Shown: positions 15,853 to 25,748 of the stretch, piece by piece
Numbering within the stretch: the stretch's first letter is position 1
How the letters are laid out: the number at the start of each line of letters is the position of its first letter
NCBI GenBank assembly: GCA_019753155.1
Contig: JAIELG010000009.1
Span: 47,744-111,743 of the forward strand
DNA length: 64,000 bases
Reading direction: 5' to 3'
From: Burkholderiales bacterium
GTDB lineage: Bacteria; Pseudomonadota; Gammaproteobacteria; Burkholderiales; JABEVD01
Notes under the pieces: model-generated
The model's input: only the letters and a program-made list of their open reading frames with translations
Databases searched by the model: none
Told to the model about the DNA's origin: nothing
Translations under genes and position numbers: made by a program

Positions 15853-18800
15853 TGCTCACGCGCATTGTCGAGTTTTCGCTCACCCAGCGCCTCCTCGTTC
15901 TAGTCATGACGGCGCTGTTGATAGGCGCGGGCATCTACGCTTTCGAGGAACTGCCCATAGACGCATTTCCGGACGTTTCGACCACCCAGGTCAAAGTCAT
16001 CATGAAAGCGCCCGGAATGACTCCCGAAGAAGTCGAAGCGCGCATCGCCTCCCCGATCGAACTCGAAATGCTCGGCATCCCGAAAAAGAGGATCGTGCGA
16101 TCGAAATCGAAGTATGCGCTCGCCGACATCACCATCGACTTCGACGAAGGCACGGATATTTATTGGGCACGCAATCAGGTCGCGGAACGGCTCAATTCGG
16201 TCGCGCTCCCTCCCGGCGTCATGGGGGGACTCGCTCCCATCACGACTCCGCTCGGGGAAATGTTCATGTTCACGATCGAAGGCGGCAACCTCTCCCTAAT
16301 GGAAAGGAGGAGCCTGCTGGACTGGGTAATCCGCCCGGCGCTCAGAACGCTCCCCGGCGTGGCCGACGTGAATTCACTGGGCGGCCTGGTCAGGACTTTC
16401 GAAGTCTCGCCCGTCACTTCGAACATGCATGCCAGAAACATATCCGGCGAGATGCTGCAGCGCGCGCTGGAGGAGAACAACAGGAACGACGGCGCGGGAA
16501 GGCTGACCGAAGGGGAAGAAACCCTCCTCGTGCGCGCGGCGGGCAGCATCAAATCGCTCGAAGACGTGAGAAACATCGTGGTCACGACCAACCAGGAAGG
16601 CATCCCGATCCGCGTCGGGGATGTTGCGGATGTCCGCATCGGCAGCCTCACCCGCTACGGCGCCGTCACGAAAGACGGCAAAGGCGAAGTGGTCGAAGGA
16701 CTGGTCCTTGGATTGATGGGTTCGAATGCGCAGAAAGTCGTGAGGGAAGTCCAGGCGAAGCTCGACCAGATGGCGCCTTCCTTTCCCAGGGGAGTCAGGG
16801 CGACCGTGTTCTACAACAGGGGGAACCTCGTCGAACGCGCGATCGAAACGGTATCGAGATCGCTGATCGAAGCGATCGTGCTCGTCATCGTGCTGCTTCT
16901 CCTGTTTCTCGGCAACATCCGGGCCGCGCTTTCCGTGGCTTTCGCGCTTCCCCTTGCCGCATTGATCACGTTCATGCTGATGAAATCCGCCGGCATGTCC
17001 GCCAACCTGATGAGCCTGGGCGGGCTTTCCATCGCGATAGGCATCCTGATCGACGGGGCAGTCGTCGTCGTGGAAAACATCGTGACTCACCTTTCCCACC
17101 AGAACTCGAAGCTGCCTGGCCTGCATCTCGTCTACCGCGCAACGAAGGAAGTCACCCTGCCCGTAGCGTCTGGCGTCATGATCATCATCATCGTCTTTCT
17201 CCCGCTACTCACCCTGCAGGGGCTGGAGGGCAAGCTCTTCATCCCGGTCGCGCTCTCCATCGTTTTCGCCCTCTCTGGCTCCCTCCTGCTCGCGATGACC
17301 ATCATTCCCGTGCTCTCATCCATGCTGATGCGGGAAGCCTCCCATGAAGAACCATGGCTCGTGAGAAATGCCACGCGCATCTACGAGCCGGTCCTTTCCT
17401 GGGCGCTGCTGCATTCGAAAATCGTGATTGCGCTTGCGGTGTTTTTCCTGATGTTGACGATAGGGGCCTACACCCTGATCGGAAAAACCTTCATGCCGGT
17501 CATGGACGAAGGGGACATCATCATGCAGATCGAAAAACTGCCTTCGATCAGCCTCGAAACAAGCGCCGCACTCGATGAACGCATCCAGAAAAAAATCCTG
17601 GCCTCGGTGCCGGAAGTGAGGCATATCATCGCAAGGACCGGATCGGACGAACTCGGGCTCGACCCCATGGGACTCAACCAGACCGACACCTTCATGGTGC
17701 TCGCCCCCAAGTCATCCTGGCGCAGGCCGGACAAGGAATGGGTGATCGGTGAAATCAGGCAGGTCATGCAGGACTTTCCCGGAGTCACCTACAGCTTCAC
17801 CCAGCCCATAGAAATGCGGGTGGCGGAAATGCTGACAGGGGTAAGGGGAGACATCGCCATCAAGATATTCGGCCCCGACCTTGGCGAACTAGACAGGCTT
17901 GCAGCGCAGATGGTCTCGACACTGAAAAAAATCCACGGCGCGGAAGACGTGTTCACGCCCAGGAATACCGGCGTCCAGTATTACCAGGTGGAGATAGACC
18001 GCCTTGCCGCAGGCAGGATGGGGCTTTCCGTGGACGGTATCGAAAATACGCTGCGCGGGAAAATAGAAGGCAGGCAGATCGGCGTCATCCTGGAGAACGT
18101 CAGGCGCACGCCGCTCGTGTTGCGCGGAAGCGAAGAACTGAGGAATTCCCCCGCTCTTTTCGCAAATCTGCGCCTTGCTCTCCCCAACGGGCAGAGCGTG
18201 CCGATCTCGACGGTCGCCAAACTGGAGCGGACTTCCGGACCCGTCACCATCGAGCATGAGAATGCCGGCAGGATGATCGTGGTGCAGTCCAATGTTTCCG
18301 GGCGCGACCTGGTCGGATTCGTGGAGGAAGCCAAAAGGGACGCCGCTTCGAAAATCAGTTTCCCGGCAGGCTACACCACGGAATGGGGCGGGCAATTCGA
18401 GAACCAGCAAAGGGCCGCGGCAAGACTCGCCCTGGTCGTCCCCGTCGCGCTCCTTCTGATTTTCCTGATCCTTTTCGCAACATTCGGTTCGGTCAGGCAA
18501 TCCATCCTCGTTTTCGCAAACATCCCCTTCGCATTGATAGGCGGCGTATTCGCGCTCCTCGTATCCGGCCAGTATCTCTCCGTTCCCGCTTCCGTCGGAT
18601 TCATCGCCCTGCTCGGCATCGCAGTCCTCAACGGGGTGATGCTGGTGAGCTATTTCAACCAGCTTCGCGCTCAGGGCATGGCCGTCGACAGGCTCGTGGT
18701 CGAGGGGGCCAAACGCAGGTTAAGGCCGGTGCTCATGACCGCGAGCATCACAGCATTCGGACTCGTTCCGCAGCTTTTCGCAAGCGGACCGGGTTCCGAG

Positions 18801-18920
18801 ATCCAGAAGCCGCTTGCCGTTGTCGTGATCGGCGGACTCATCACATCCACCCTTCTGACATTGATCATCCTGCCCATACTCTACCGCCGCTTCGGCATGG
18901 AACCCGGGAGTCCGAAATGA
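15849..18920 (+). CDS. Heavy-metal-efflux (HME) RND transporter, CzcA/CusA family
   Basis: 1023 aa. The N-terminus is MLTRIVEFSL.QR.LV...LIGAGIYAFEELPIDAFPDVS..QV.V, with DEGTDIYWARNQV. Confidence 0.95.
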   Translation: MMLTRIVEFSLTQRLLVLVMTALLIGAGIYAFEELPIDAFPDVSTTQVKVIMKAPGMTPEEVEARIASPIELEMLGIPKKRIVRSKSKYALADITIDFDEGTDIYWARNQVAERLNSVALPPGVMGGLAPITTPLGEMFMFTIEGGNLSLMERRSLLDWVIRPALRTLPGVADVNSLGGLVRTFEVSPVTSNMHARNISGEMLQRALEENNRNDGAGRLTEGEETLLVRAAGSIKSLEDVRNIVVTTNQEGIPIRVGDVADVRIGSLTRYGAVTKDGKGEVVEGLVLGLMGSNAQKVVREVQAKLDQMAPSFPRGVRATVFYNRGNLVERAIETVSRSLIEAIVLVIVLLLLFLGNIRAALSVAFALPLAALITFMLMKSAGMSANLMSLGGLSIAIGILIDGAVVVVENIVTHLSHQNSKLPGLHLVYRATKEVTLPVASGVMIIIIVFLPLLTLQGLEGKLFIPVALSIVFALSGSLLLAMTIIPVLSSMLMREASHEEPWLVRNATRIYEPVLSWALLHSKIVIALAVFFLMLTIGAYTLIGKTFMPVMDEGDIIMQIEKLPSISLETSAALDERIQKKILASVPEVRHIIARTGSDELGLDPMGLNQTDTFMVLAPKSSWRRPDKEWVIGEIRQVMQDFPGVTYSFTQPIEMRVAEMLTGVRGDIAIKIFGPDLGELDRLAAQMVSTLKKIHGAEDVFTPRNTGVQYYQVEIDRLAAGRMGLSVDGIENTLRGKIEGRQIGVILENVRRTPLVLRGSEELRNSPALFANLRLALPNGQSVPISTVAKLERTSGPVTIEHENAGRMIVVQSNVSGRDLVGFVEEAKRDAASKISFPAGYTTEWGGQFENQQRAAARLALVVPVALLLIFLILFATFGSVRQSILVFANIPFALIGGVFALLVSGQYLSVPASVGFIALLGIAVLNGVMLVSYFNQLRAQGMAVDRLVVEGAKRRLRPVLMTASITAFGLVPQLFASGPGSEIQKPLAVVVIGGLITSTLLTLIILPILYRRFGMEPGSPK

Positions 18921-19222
18921 ACCTGTGCTGCCTCACGATGATCTTCCAGAATGCGCTCGAAGAGGAAATCACCGATTTCATGCTTGCGCACGAAACTGCG
19001 AAAAAGGGATTCCATTCCTCCAGGATCGACGGCCACAGCCACGACGTGCGGCTCGCCACCATGAAGGAAAAAGTGCGCGGTCGCGCGCAAAAAACCAGGA
19101 TGGACATCATTCTCGGAGAAGAGGAAGCGCAATCGCTTCTGCTTGATGTCAAGGCCGCATTTCCGGACATCAGGCTCACTTTCTGGATCAGTCCGGTCAA
19201 CGCTTTCGGCAGGCTGTCATGA
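18917..19222 (+). CDS. Small DUF3240-like protein embedded in the RND operon
   Basis: 101 aa, with ATGA overlap on both neighbours. The assignment rests on recollection of this family in czc-like operons. The ORF-track extension (18383) is an alternate frame of the pump gene. Confidence 0.55.
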   Translation: MNLCCLTMIFQNALEEEITDFMLAHETAKKGFHSSRIDGHSHDVRLATMKEKVRGRAQKTRMDIILGEEEAQSLLLDVKAAFPDIRLTFWISPVNAFGRLS

Positions 19223-20460
19223 AAGGATGCGTCTTTCTTGTCTTCTGCTTCTGGGCGCTCCTCTCGCGTGCAACTGATTTGCCGCCGCCCGACGAAGTGA
19301 AAAACGCGCTGAAGAATTCCCCGCTCGTGAAGGAATCGCTTGCCGGCATCGATCTGGAAAAGACCAACGATTCCCGCCTGAAGAGCGGCCCCTACGAATA
19401 CACCGTGCAGATGACAGGCGGCAAACGCGACGACAAGGGCATTCGCGAGAGCCTGAATGAATGGAGCCTCCAGGTTTCCCGCCCGATCCGCTTTCCCGGA
19501 AAAGGCAGTATCGACGGCGAAATCGGCAAGCAGGGCATGGTCAGCGCCGCCCTTGCGCACGGGGATGCCATGCACGAATCCGCGAAAAGCCTGCTCAAGC
19601 TCTGGTTTGCATGGCTGAGGGAAAAGGCGCAGGAAAACGAGTGGCAGAATCAGGCAAGGCTGCTCCAGGAAGAAACCGCCATGGTCGAAAAGCGCGTCAA
19701 GGCAGGGGATGCGCCCAAGCTCGAATTGACGCTCGCCAGGGCAGCATCGGATCAGGCCCGTTTCTCCGAGCTTCAGGCAGGGATGCGCGAAGCCGTGGCA
19801 GCGAAAATGCTGACCGTCAGTTTTCCCGAGATATCCCTGCCCGAAAACCCCGTTCCCGACGAACCGCAACCCCTGGAAAAATCGCTGGATTACTGGAAAG
19901 ACGCCATACTTTCGCAAAACCATGCCGTTCTCCTGGCAAAGAGCGAAGCGAAGAAAGCGCAACTCCTCGCTTCCAGAAGCCGCGCGGAGGAAACGCCGGA
20001 TCCCACGCTCGGAATCAGCTATTCTTCCGAATATGGCGGAAGCCAGCAGGTCGTGATGGGCATGCTGAGTTTCCCCTTGCCCGGGAAATACAGGCAGGCG
20101 GCAACTCAAGGCGCGACGGCCTCGGCTGAAATGGCGGGCATGAGGGAACTCGACATATCGAGAAGGGCCGAAGCCGAAGTCTCTTCCAATTACATCATGG
20201 CCAAGGCAAGCTATAATGGATGGGAAAAATCGCGCGAAGCGGCGAAAGGAATGATTAAAAATGCCGAACTCGTTTCCAGCGCCTATGCACTCGGGGAGGC
20301 CAGTCTTGGCGAGTTGCTGGCGGCAAGGCGCCTGTCGATCGAGTCCATCCTGGCATCGAAGCTGGCCCGGATCGACGCGCTGGAAACACGTTACCGCCTG
20401 ATGGTCGACGCGCATCTGCTGTGGGATTTCGACGAAGGGGACAATACCCGACAGCAATGA
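19219..20460 (+). CDS. TolC/CzcC-family outer-membrane efflux protein
   Basis: 413 aa with a signal peptide, two coiled-coil/OEP-type repeats, and the last position in the RND operon. Confidence 0.85.
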   Translation: MKGCVFLVFCFWALLSRATDLPPPDEVKNALKNSPLVKESLAGIDLEKTNDSRLKSGPYEYTVQMTGGKRDDKGIRESLNEWSLQVSRPIRFPGKGSIDGEIGKQGMVSAALAHGDAMHESAKSLLKLWFAWLREKAQENEWQNQARLLQEETAMVEKRVKAGDAPKLELTLARAASDQARFSELQAGMREAVAAKMLTVSFPEISLPENPVPDEPQPLEKSLDYWKDAILSQNHAVLLAKSEAKKAQLLASRSRAEETPDPTLGISYSSEYGGSQQVVMGMLSFPLPGKYRQAATQGATASAEMAGMRELDISRRAEAEVSSNYIMAKASYNGWEKSREAAKGMIKNAELVSSAYALGEASLGELLAARRLSIESILASKLARIDALETRYRLMVDAHLLWDFDEGDNTRQQ

Positions 20461-20520
20461 TGCACTTTTCTCCGCTTCGCGGCATAATAACGCTTTTCAA
20501 CAATGAAAAAGAGGTGCTCC

Positions 20521-21021
20521 ATGTCGAGGAGAAATGCGGAAACGGACCAGATCAAACTGTCCCAGTTGCTCAGTCACCAGTATCTTTGCGAATCCCTGAC
20601 TGTCAGCGAAGTCCAGACATTGCTCGACTACCTGACCCTGCTGAACTTCGACAAGGGCGACATCCTTTCCGATATCGGCGACATCGGGGACGCGCTCTAT
20701 TTCGTGGTCCAGGGTGAAATCGCGCTCACTTTCGACGATCATGGGCAGGAAAACGAGATCGTGCGCGCAGGCCCGGGCGAGATGCTCGGCGAAATGTCGT
20801 TCTTCGACAAACAGCCCCGCTCGGTAAGGCTGGTCGCCAAAGCGGCCGAAACCCAGGTGCTCAAGCTCTCCAGAATCAAGTACAAACGCCTGAAGGTGGA
20901 ACACCCCTATATCGCGCTCAACATCGTGGAACATGCCATCATCAGCCTCGACAGACTTTTCCGCAGAGTGAGCACCAGCTACGCACAGTTCTCGCATTAC
21001 CTGTACGGAACAGGAAAATAA
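20521..21021 (+). CDS. Stand-alone cyclic-nucleotide-binding domain protein
   Basis: The phosphate-binding cassette GEMLGEMSFFDKQPRSVRLVA is present. AGAGG lies upstream of the ATG at 20521; an alternative ATG is at 20503. Confidence 0.8.
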   Translation: MSRRNAETDQIKLSQLLSHQYLCESLTVSEVQTLLDYLTLLNFDKGDILSDIGDIGDALYFVVQGEIALTFDDHGQENEIVRAGPGEMLGEMSFFDKQPRSVRLVAKAAETQVLKLSRIKYKRLKVEHPYIALNIVEHAIISLDRLFRRVSTSYAQFSHYLYGTGK

Positions 21022-21048
21022 ATTCAAACCAACCCAAAGGAGCAAAAA

Positions 21049-21651
21049 ATGTCAGTACTCGTAGGAAAACCGGCCCCGGACTTCACGGCTTGCGCGGTGA
21101 TGGGCAACAACCAGATCGAAGAAGGCTTCAATCTTTCTTCCTACATCAAGGACAAGTACGCGGTGGTCTTCTTTTACCCGCTCGACTTCACCTTCGTCTG
21201 CCCTTCCGAATTGATCGCTTTCGATCATCGCCTGAAGGATTTCACGGTACGCAACGTCGCGGTCATCGGCGTCTCCATCGATTCGCAGTTCACCCATCTC
21301 GCATGGAAGAACACCCCCCTCGGCAATGGCGGGATCGGGCAGGTGGGCTATCCCCTCGTTGCCGACATCAAGCATGAAATCTGCAAGGCCTACGATGTCG
21401 AAGCCGGAGCCGGAGTCGCTTTCCGCGGCTCGTTCTTGATCGACAAGAGCGGCACGGTGCGCCATCAGGTGGTGAACGACCTGCCCCTGGGACGCAATAT
21501 CGACGAAATGCTGCGCATGGTCGATGCGCTGCAATTCACCGAACAGCACGGCGAAGTCTGCCCTGCCGGATGGTCCAAGGGCCGTGCCGGGATGAAGCCG
21601 ACGGGAGACGGCGTGGCAAGTTATCTTGCCGAACACGCGCAGGAACTTTGA
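21049..21651 (+). CDS. Typical 2-Cys peroxiredoxin (AhpC/Prx1 subfamily)
   Basis: FYPLDFTFVCPSE (peroxidatic Cys) and HGEVCPAGW (resolving Cys) are both present. Confidence 0.95.
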   Translation: MSVLVGKPAPDFTACAVMGNNQIEEGFNLSSYIKDKYAVVFFYPLDFTFVCPSELIAFDHRLKDFTVRNVAVIGVSIDSQFTHLAWKNTPLGNGGIGQVGYPLVADIKHEICKAYDVEAGAGVAFRGSFLIDKSGTVRHQVVNDLPLGRNIDEMLRMVDALQFTEQHGEVCPAGWSKGRAGMKPTGDGVASYLAEHAQEL

Positions 21652-21656
21652 TCTGA

Positions 21657-21682
21657 TTCGGGGCCGCTTAAGCGGCCCCGAA
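21657..21682. terminator. Perfect 11-bp stem hairpin after the peroxiredoxin gene
   Basis: TTCGGGGCCGC-ttaa-GCGGCCCCGAA. No clear T-tract follows. Confidence 0.5.
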
Positions 21683-21693
21683 CGTTAGGGGAC

Positions 21694-21738
21694 CGCTGAT
21701 TTAATCCTGCGTGGAGCATATGCCGGATTAAATCAGCG
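21694..21738. promoter_or_regulatory. Perfect 14-bp inverted repeat with a 17-nt spacer, 20 nt upstream of the DUF302 gene
   Basis: CGCTGATTTAATCC (21694-21707) and GGATTAAATCAGCG (21725-21738). Confidence 0.5.
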
Positions 21739-21758
21739 ATTCCTTTGGGAGAAGCATC

Positions 21759-22145
21759 ATGTACGGATTTTCGACGGTACTCCGCATTCCTTTCGACGAT
21801 GTCATAGGGAAAGTGACCGCAGCACTCAAAGATGAAGGATTCGGCGTACTCACCGACATCGACGTCAAATCCACCCTCAAGGCAAAACTGGATCTCGACA
21901 TGCGCCCCTATCGCATTCTGGGCGCATGCAACCCCCCATTCGCACACCGCGCCATCGAAGCCGAACCCGATATCGGTCTCCTTCTGCCCTGCAACGTGGT
22001 GGTGAGGGAGGAAGTGAACGGCGAAATCACCGTCGCTTTCATGGACCCCGAAGCCGTCCTCGAACTCGTCGACAAGCCTGAAATGAAGGCTATCGCAATG
22101 GAAGTCAAGGCGAAGCTCGAACGGGTGCGGGACGCGCTCCGATGA
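21759..22145 (+). CDS. DUF302 domain protein
   Basis: ...V..AL...GFGVLT.IDV..TLK.KL......Y.ILGACNP..A..A......[11 protein letters not shown] is typical of DUF302. Confidence 0.8.
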   Translation: MYGFSTVLRIPFDDVIGKVTAALKDEGFGVLTDIDVKSTLKAKLDLDMRPYRILGACNPPFAHRAIEAEPDIGLLLPCNVVVREEVNGEITVAFMDPEAVLELVDKPEMKAIAMEVKAKLERVRDALR

Positions 22146-23188
22146 GCGCCATTTCCGGCATCAATGCGCTGGGGCAGCGCATCTGGCTCGACAATCTGTC
22201 GAGGAAAATGCTCGCGGAAGGCGAACTTGCGCAACACATATGGAACGGCGTCACAGGCCTCACATCCAACCCATCCATTCTTCTGAAAGGCTTCAAAGGA
22301 AGTCCTTACTATCGGGAAGATCTCGATGCAGCCAGAAAATCCGGCCTCTCTCCGGAAAAAAGGCTGGAAGCGCTCATCCTTCCCGACATCCGGGGTGCAT
22401 GCGACCTGTTCCTGCCCGTCTTCGAAAACAGCGGACACGAAGACGGCTATGTCAGCCTGGAAGTCTCCCCAAGGCTTGCCTTCGACATGGAAGGCACAGT
22501 GGAAGCCGCGATCAGGCTGGTGAGCGAAGTCGAAAGGCCGAACCTCATGATCAAGGTTCCGGCGACCCCGGAAGGCATAGCCGCGTTCGAAAAGCTGACG
22601 AGCCTCGGCATCAGCATCAACGTGACGCTGATTTTTTCCCTGCACCAGGTTTTTCATGTTCAGGAAGCGTATGTCCGGGGCCTCAGACGATACGCCGAAT
22701 CGGGGGAAAATATCGGCAACGTGAGATCCGTCGCAAGCATTTTCCTGAGCCGCATCGATACCCTGGTCGACAACCTGCCCGGATGCGACGCACAGCTCAA
22801 GGGCAAAGCAGGCGTTACGCTCGCGAAAATCGCCTACCAGCGTTATCTCGACCGCTTTCATGGGCCGGCTCAGGGAATCGGCCATCCGCAGAAACTGCTC
22901 TGGGCCAGCACAGGAACCAAGAACCCCGCATACAGCGATCTCCTTTACGTCGAGCCCCTGATCGGGAAGGAAACCGTCAACACGCTCCCGGACGCGACGC
23001 TTGCCGCTTTCATCGATCACGGCAAGGCTGAAAACACGCTTGAATCCGGCATTGAGGAAGCAAAGGCGCATTTCGTCGCGCTGGAAAAAGCGGGGATAAA
23101 CATGGAAAAAGTCGCCTCGCAGCTTTTCGAAGAAGGCATGAAGGCCTTCGATACGGCCTACTCGGATCTCCTCGCACTGGTTGCCTGA
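22142..23188 (+). CDS. tal: Transaldolase
   Basis: [16 protein letters not shown] and MIKVPAT (Schiff-base Lys region) are present. Confidence 0.9.
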   Translation: MSAISGINALGQRIWLDNLSRKMLAEGELAQHIWNGVTGLTSNPSILLKGFKGSPYYREDLDAARKSGLSPEKRLEALILPDIRGACDLFLPVFENSGHEDGYVSLEVSPRLAFDMEGTVEAAIRLVSEVERPNLMIKVPATPEGIAAFEKLTSLGISINVTLIFSLHQVFHVQEAYVRGLRRYAESGENIGNVRSVASIFLSRIDTLVDNLPGCDAQLKGKAGVTLAKIAYQRYLDRFHGPAQGIGHPQKLLWASTGTKNPAYSDLLYVEPLIGKETVNTLPDATLAAFIDHGKAENTLESGIEEAKAHFVALEKAGINMEKVASQLFEEGMKAFDTAYSDLLALVA

Positions 23189-23189
23189 C

Positions 23190-24869
23190 ATGCACAACGA
23201 ATTCATCCATCAGCAGCGCATCGCCTATTTCACGATGGAAATCGCATTGAAGAGCGACATCCCGACCTACAGCGGCGGCCTCGGCGTGCTTGCGGGAGAC
23301 GTGATGCGAACAGGCGCGGACATACAACTCCCGCTTGTCGCGGTAAGTCTGGTGAGCCGGGCGGGTTATTTCAGGCAGGAAATAGCCGAAGGCCGCCAGA
23401 TCGAGCATCCCGACACCTGGGATCCGGCAAAATGGGCCGTCCCGCTGGACGCGAAAATCGCCGTCAACATAGAAGGTCGGGAAGTCTGGGTGAGAGGCTG
23501 GCTTTACGTGCTCGAAGGGCATGCGGGCGGCAATGAGCCCATCATCCTGCTCGACACCGACCTGGACGAGAACAGGCAGGACGACAGGGAAATTACCCAT
23601 TACCTTTACGGCGGGGATTCGACCTACCGCCTCAAGCAGGAAATCGTGCTCGGCATAGGGGGATTGCGCATGCTGCATGCGCTCGGCTTCCAGATCCGCC
23701 AGTATCATATGAACGAGGGCCATTCCGCCCTGCTTGCGCTCGAACTGCTGCGACGTTTCGCAAGGTCCGCAAACGGGGATGAAAGCGAACTCTCCTACGA
23801 CATACCCATGGTGAGGGAAGTCTGCAATTTCACGACCCATACCCCTGTCGAATCAGGCCACGACCAGTTCCCCTATGAACTTGTGCAGGATCTTCTGAGG
23901 GATTTCATCGATTTTTCCGAACTCAGGACGGTCGCAGGGGAAGAGCGTCTCAACATGACCCGGCTCGCGCTGAACCTCTCCGAATATGTCAACGGGGTGG
24001 CGATGAGTCATGCCGAAGTTTCGAGGAAAATGTATCCCGGCTATCATGTCCATGCCATCACCAACGGGGTTCATCCCCACACCTGGACTTCAAGCAGTTT
24101 TGCCAGTCTTTACGACCGTCACCTTCCCGGCTGGTGCCACGAAGCCCAGCTCCTGGTGCGGGTAGACCAGATTCCGGATGAAGCGATATGGGAAGCCCAC
24201 AGACAATCCAAAGCCAAGCTGATCGAGCGCATCAACTCCCTGTGCGGCAGGGAATTCGATCCCGAAATGCCGATCATCGGCTTCGCGAGAAGAATGACCG
24301 CCTACAAGCGCCCCGATCTCATATTCTCCGACATGGAAAGGCTCAGGGCCATCGCAAACGCGCGCCCTTTCCAGTTCGTCATGGCGGGAAAAGCGCACCC
24401 CAAAGACGAAGACGGCAAGCATCTGATCGAAATCCTCCATGCCCATCTCGAAGACATGTCTGATGTCGTCAACACCGCATTCCTGCCGAATTACGACATG
24501 GATCTCGCGCTTTACATGGTCTCCGGGGTCGATATCTGGCTCAATACGCCGCTTCGCCCGCTGGAGGCATCCGGAACCAGCGGAATGAAGGCGGCGCTCA
24601 ACGGCGTACCGAGCCTGAGCGTCCTCGACGGATGGTGGCTGGAAGGCTGCATCGAAGGCGTCACCGGATGGGCTGTTGGAGACCATGCCGATAACGACGG
24701 CGACTCGGAATTCCTGTATAAAAAACTCGAAAAAACCGTCCTTCCGCTTTATCATGACGACAGACGCGCCTGGATTTCGGTGATGAAAAACGCCATAGGC
24801 AAAAACGCTTCCTATTTCAACAGCCATCGCATGATGCGTCGCTATGCGACAGAGGCCTACATCCGCTAA
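23190..24869 (+). CDS. Alpha-glucan phosphorylase, short (about 560 aa) GT35 type
   Basis: IAYFTMEIAL....PTYSGGLGVLAGD...SA....P and ...EASGTSGMKAALNG (PLP-Lys motif) are present. Confidence 0.85.
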   Translation: MHNEFIHQQRIAYFTMEIALKSDIPTYSGGLGVLAGDVMRTGADIQLPLVAVSLVSRAGYFRQEIAEGRQIEHPDTWDPAKWAVPLDAKIAVNIEGREVWVRGWLYVLEGHAGGNEPIILLDTDLDENRQDDREITHYLYGGDSTYRLKQEIVLGIGGLRMLHALGFQIRQYHMNEGHSALLALELLRRFARSANGDESELSYDIPMVREVCNFTTHTPVESGHDQFPYELVQDLLRDFIDFSELRTVAGEERLNMTRLALNLSEYVNGVAMSHAEVSRKMYPGYHVHAITNGVHPHTWTSSSFASLYDRHLPGWCHEAQLLVRVDQIPDEAIWEAHRQSKAKLIERINSLCGREFDPEMPIIGFARRMTAYKRPDLIFSDMERLRAIANARPFQFVMAGKAHPKDEDGKHLIEILHAHLEDMSDVVNTAFLPNYDMDLALYMVSGVDIWLNTPLRPLEASGTSGMKAALNGVPSLSVLDGWWLEGCIEGVTGWAVGDHADNDGDSEFLYKKLEKTVLPLYHDDRRAWISVMKNAIGKNASYFNSHRMMRRYATEAYIR

Positions 24870-24872
24870 GAC

Positions 24873-25736
24873 ATGAACATAACCGACCTTTCCCACCTCG
24901 GATTTCTCCGCATATCGGGTGGAGATGCCAAAGACTTCCTGCAAAACCTGACGAGCAACGACGTGAGGCATTTGGACGAACACACCGCCCAGCACAACAG
25001 CATCTGTTCCCCGAAAGGCAGGATGCTGGCAAACTTCCTCCTCTTCATGATGGACGGCGATTATATCCTCCAGATGCCGAAAGAAATGGTCGAGCGCGTC
25101 AGGAGCCGCCTCTCCATGTACATCATGCGCTCCAGGGTCTCCGTCACGGAAGCCGATCTGGCGGCGGTGGGCCTGTCCGGAAATGCATTCCCGGAGTCGA
25201 TTCCATCATCCGCCATGGGGGTGAGCAGGACCGATTCCGGCACGGCGATCCGCTTGTCCGATTCGCGTTACGAAATCGTGACCGATCCCGAGAATGCCGA
25301 GCGCATCATGGCAGCACACGAAGCCGTAGGCAGAACCCATTGGGAGCATCTGGAAATCCTGGAAGGCATCCCCGTCATCCTTCCCGAAACCGAGGGGCTT
25401 TTCGTGCCCCAGATGGCGAACTTCGAATTGATAGGCGGAGTGAGCTTCCAGAAAGGCTGTTACCCTGGACAGGAAATCGTGACCCGGACCCATTTTCTCG
25501 GCAAGGTCAAGCGCAGGATGATGCTCGCCCATGTCGACTCAGGAGTCGCGCCCTCTCCGGGAGAGGAAGTCTATTGCGGGACCGATGCGGCGGGAACCGT
25601 TGCAAGGGCGGCGCCTTCACCGGAAGGCGGGTTCGACATCCTCGCCGTCATACAGATCGAACACGAGGAAAGCGAACTTCGCCTCGAATCGGGGCAAATC
25701 CTGCGCATGATGCAACTGCCCTATCCCCTGCCGTGA
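24873..25736 (+). CDS. ygfZ: Folate-binding YgfZ/GcvT-like protein
   Basis: ...L.HLG.LRISG.DA..FLQ...SNDV... and the KGCYPGQEIV motif are present. Confidence 0.8.
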   Translation: MNITDLSHLGFLRISGGDAKDFLQNLTSNDVRHLDEHTAQHNSICSPKGRMLANFLLFMMDGDYILQMPKEMVERVRSRLSMYIMRSRVSVTEADLAAVGLSGNAFPESIPSSAMGVSRTDSGTAIRLSDSRYEIVTDPENAERIMAAHEAVGRTHWEHLEILEGIPVILPETEGLFVPQMANFELIGGVSFQKGCYPGQEIVTRTHFLGKVKRRMMLAHVDSGVAPSPGEEVYCGTDAAGTVARAAPSPEGGFDILAVIQIEHEESELRLESGQILRMMQLPYPLP

Positions 25737-25748
25737 GATTCGAATCCG

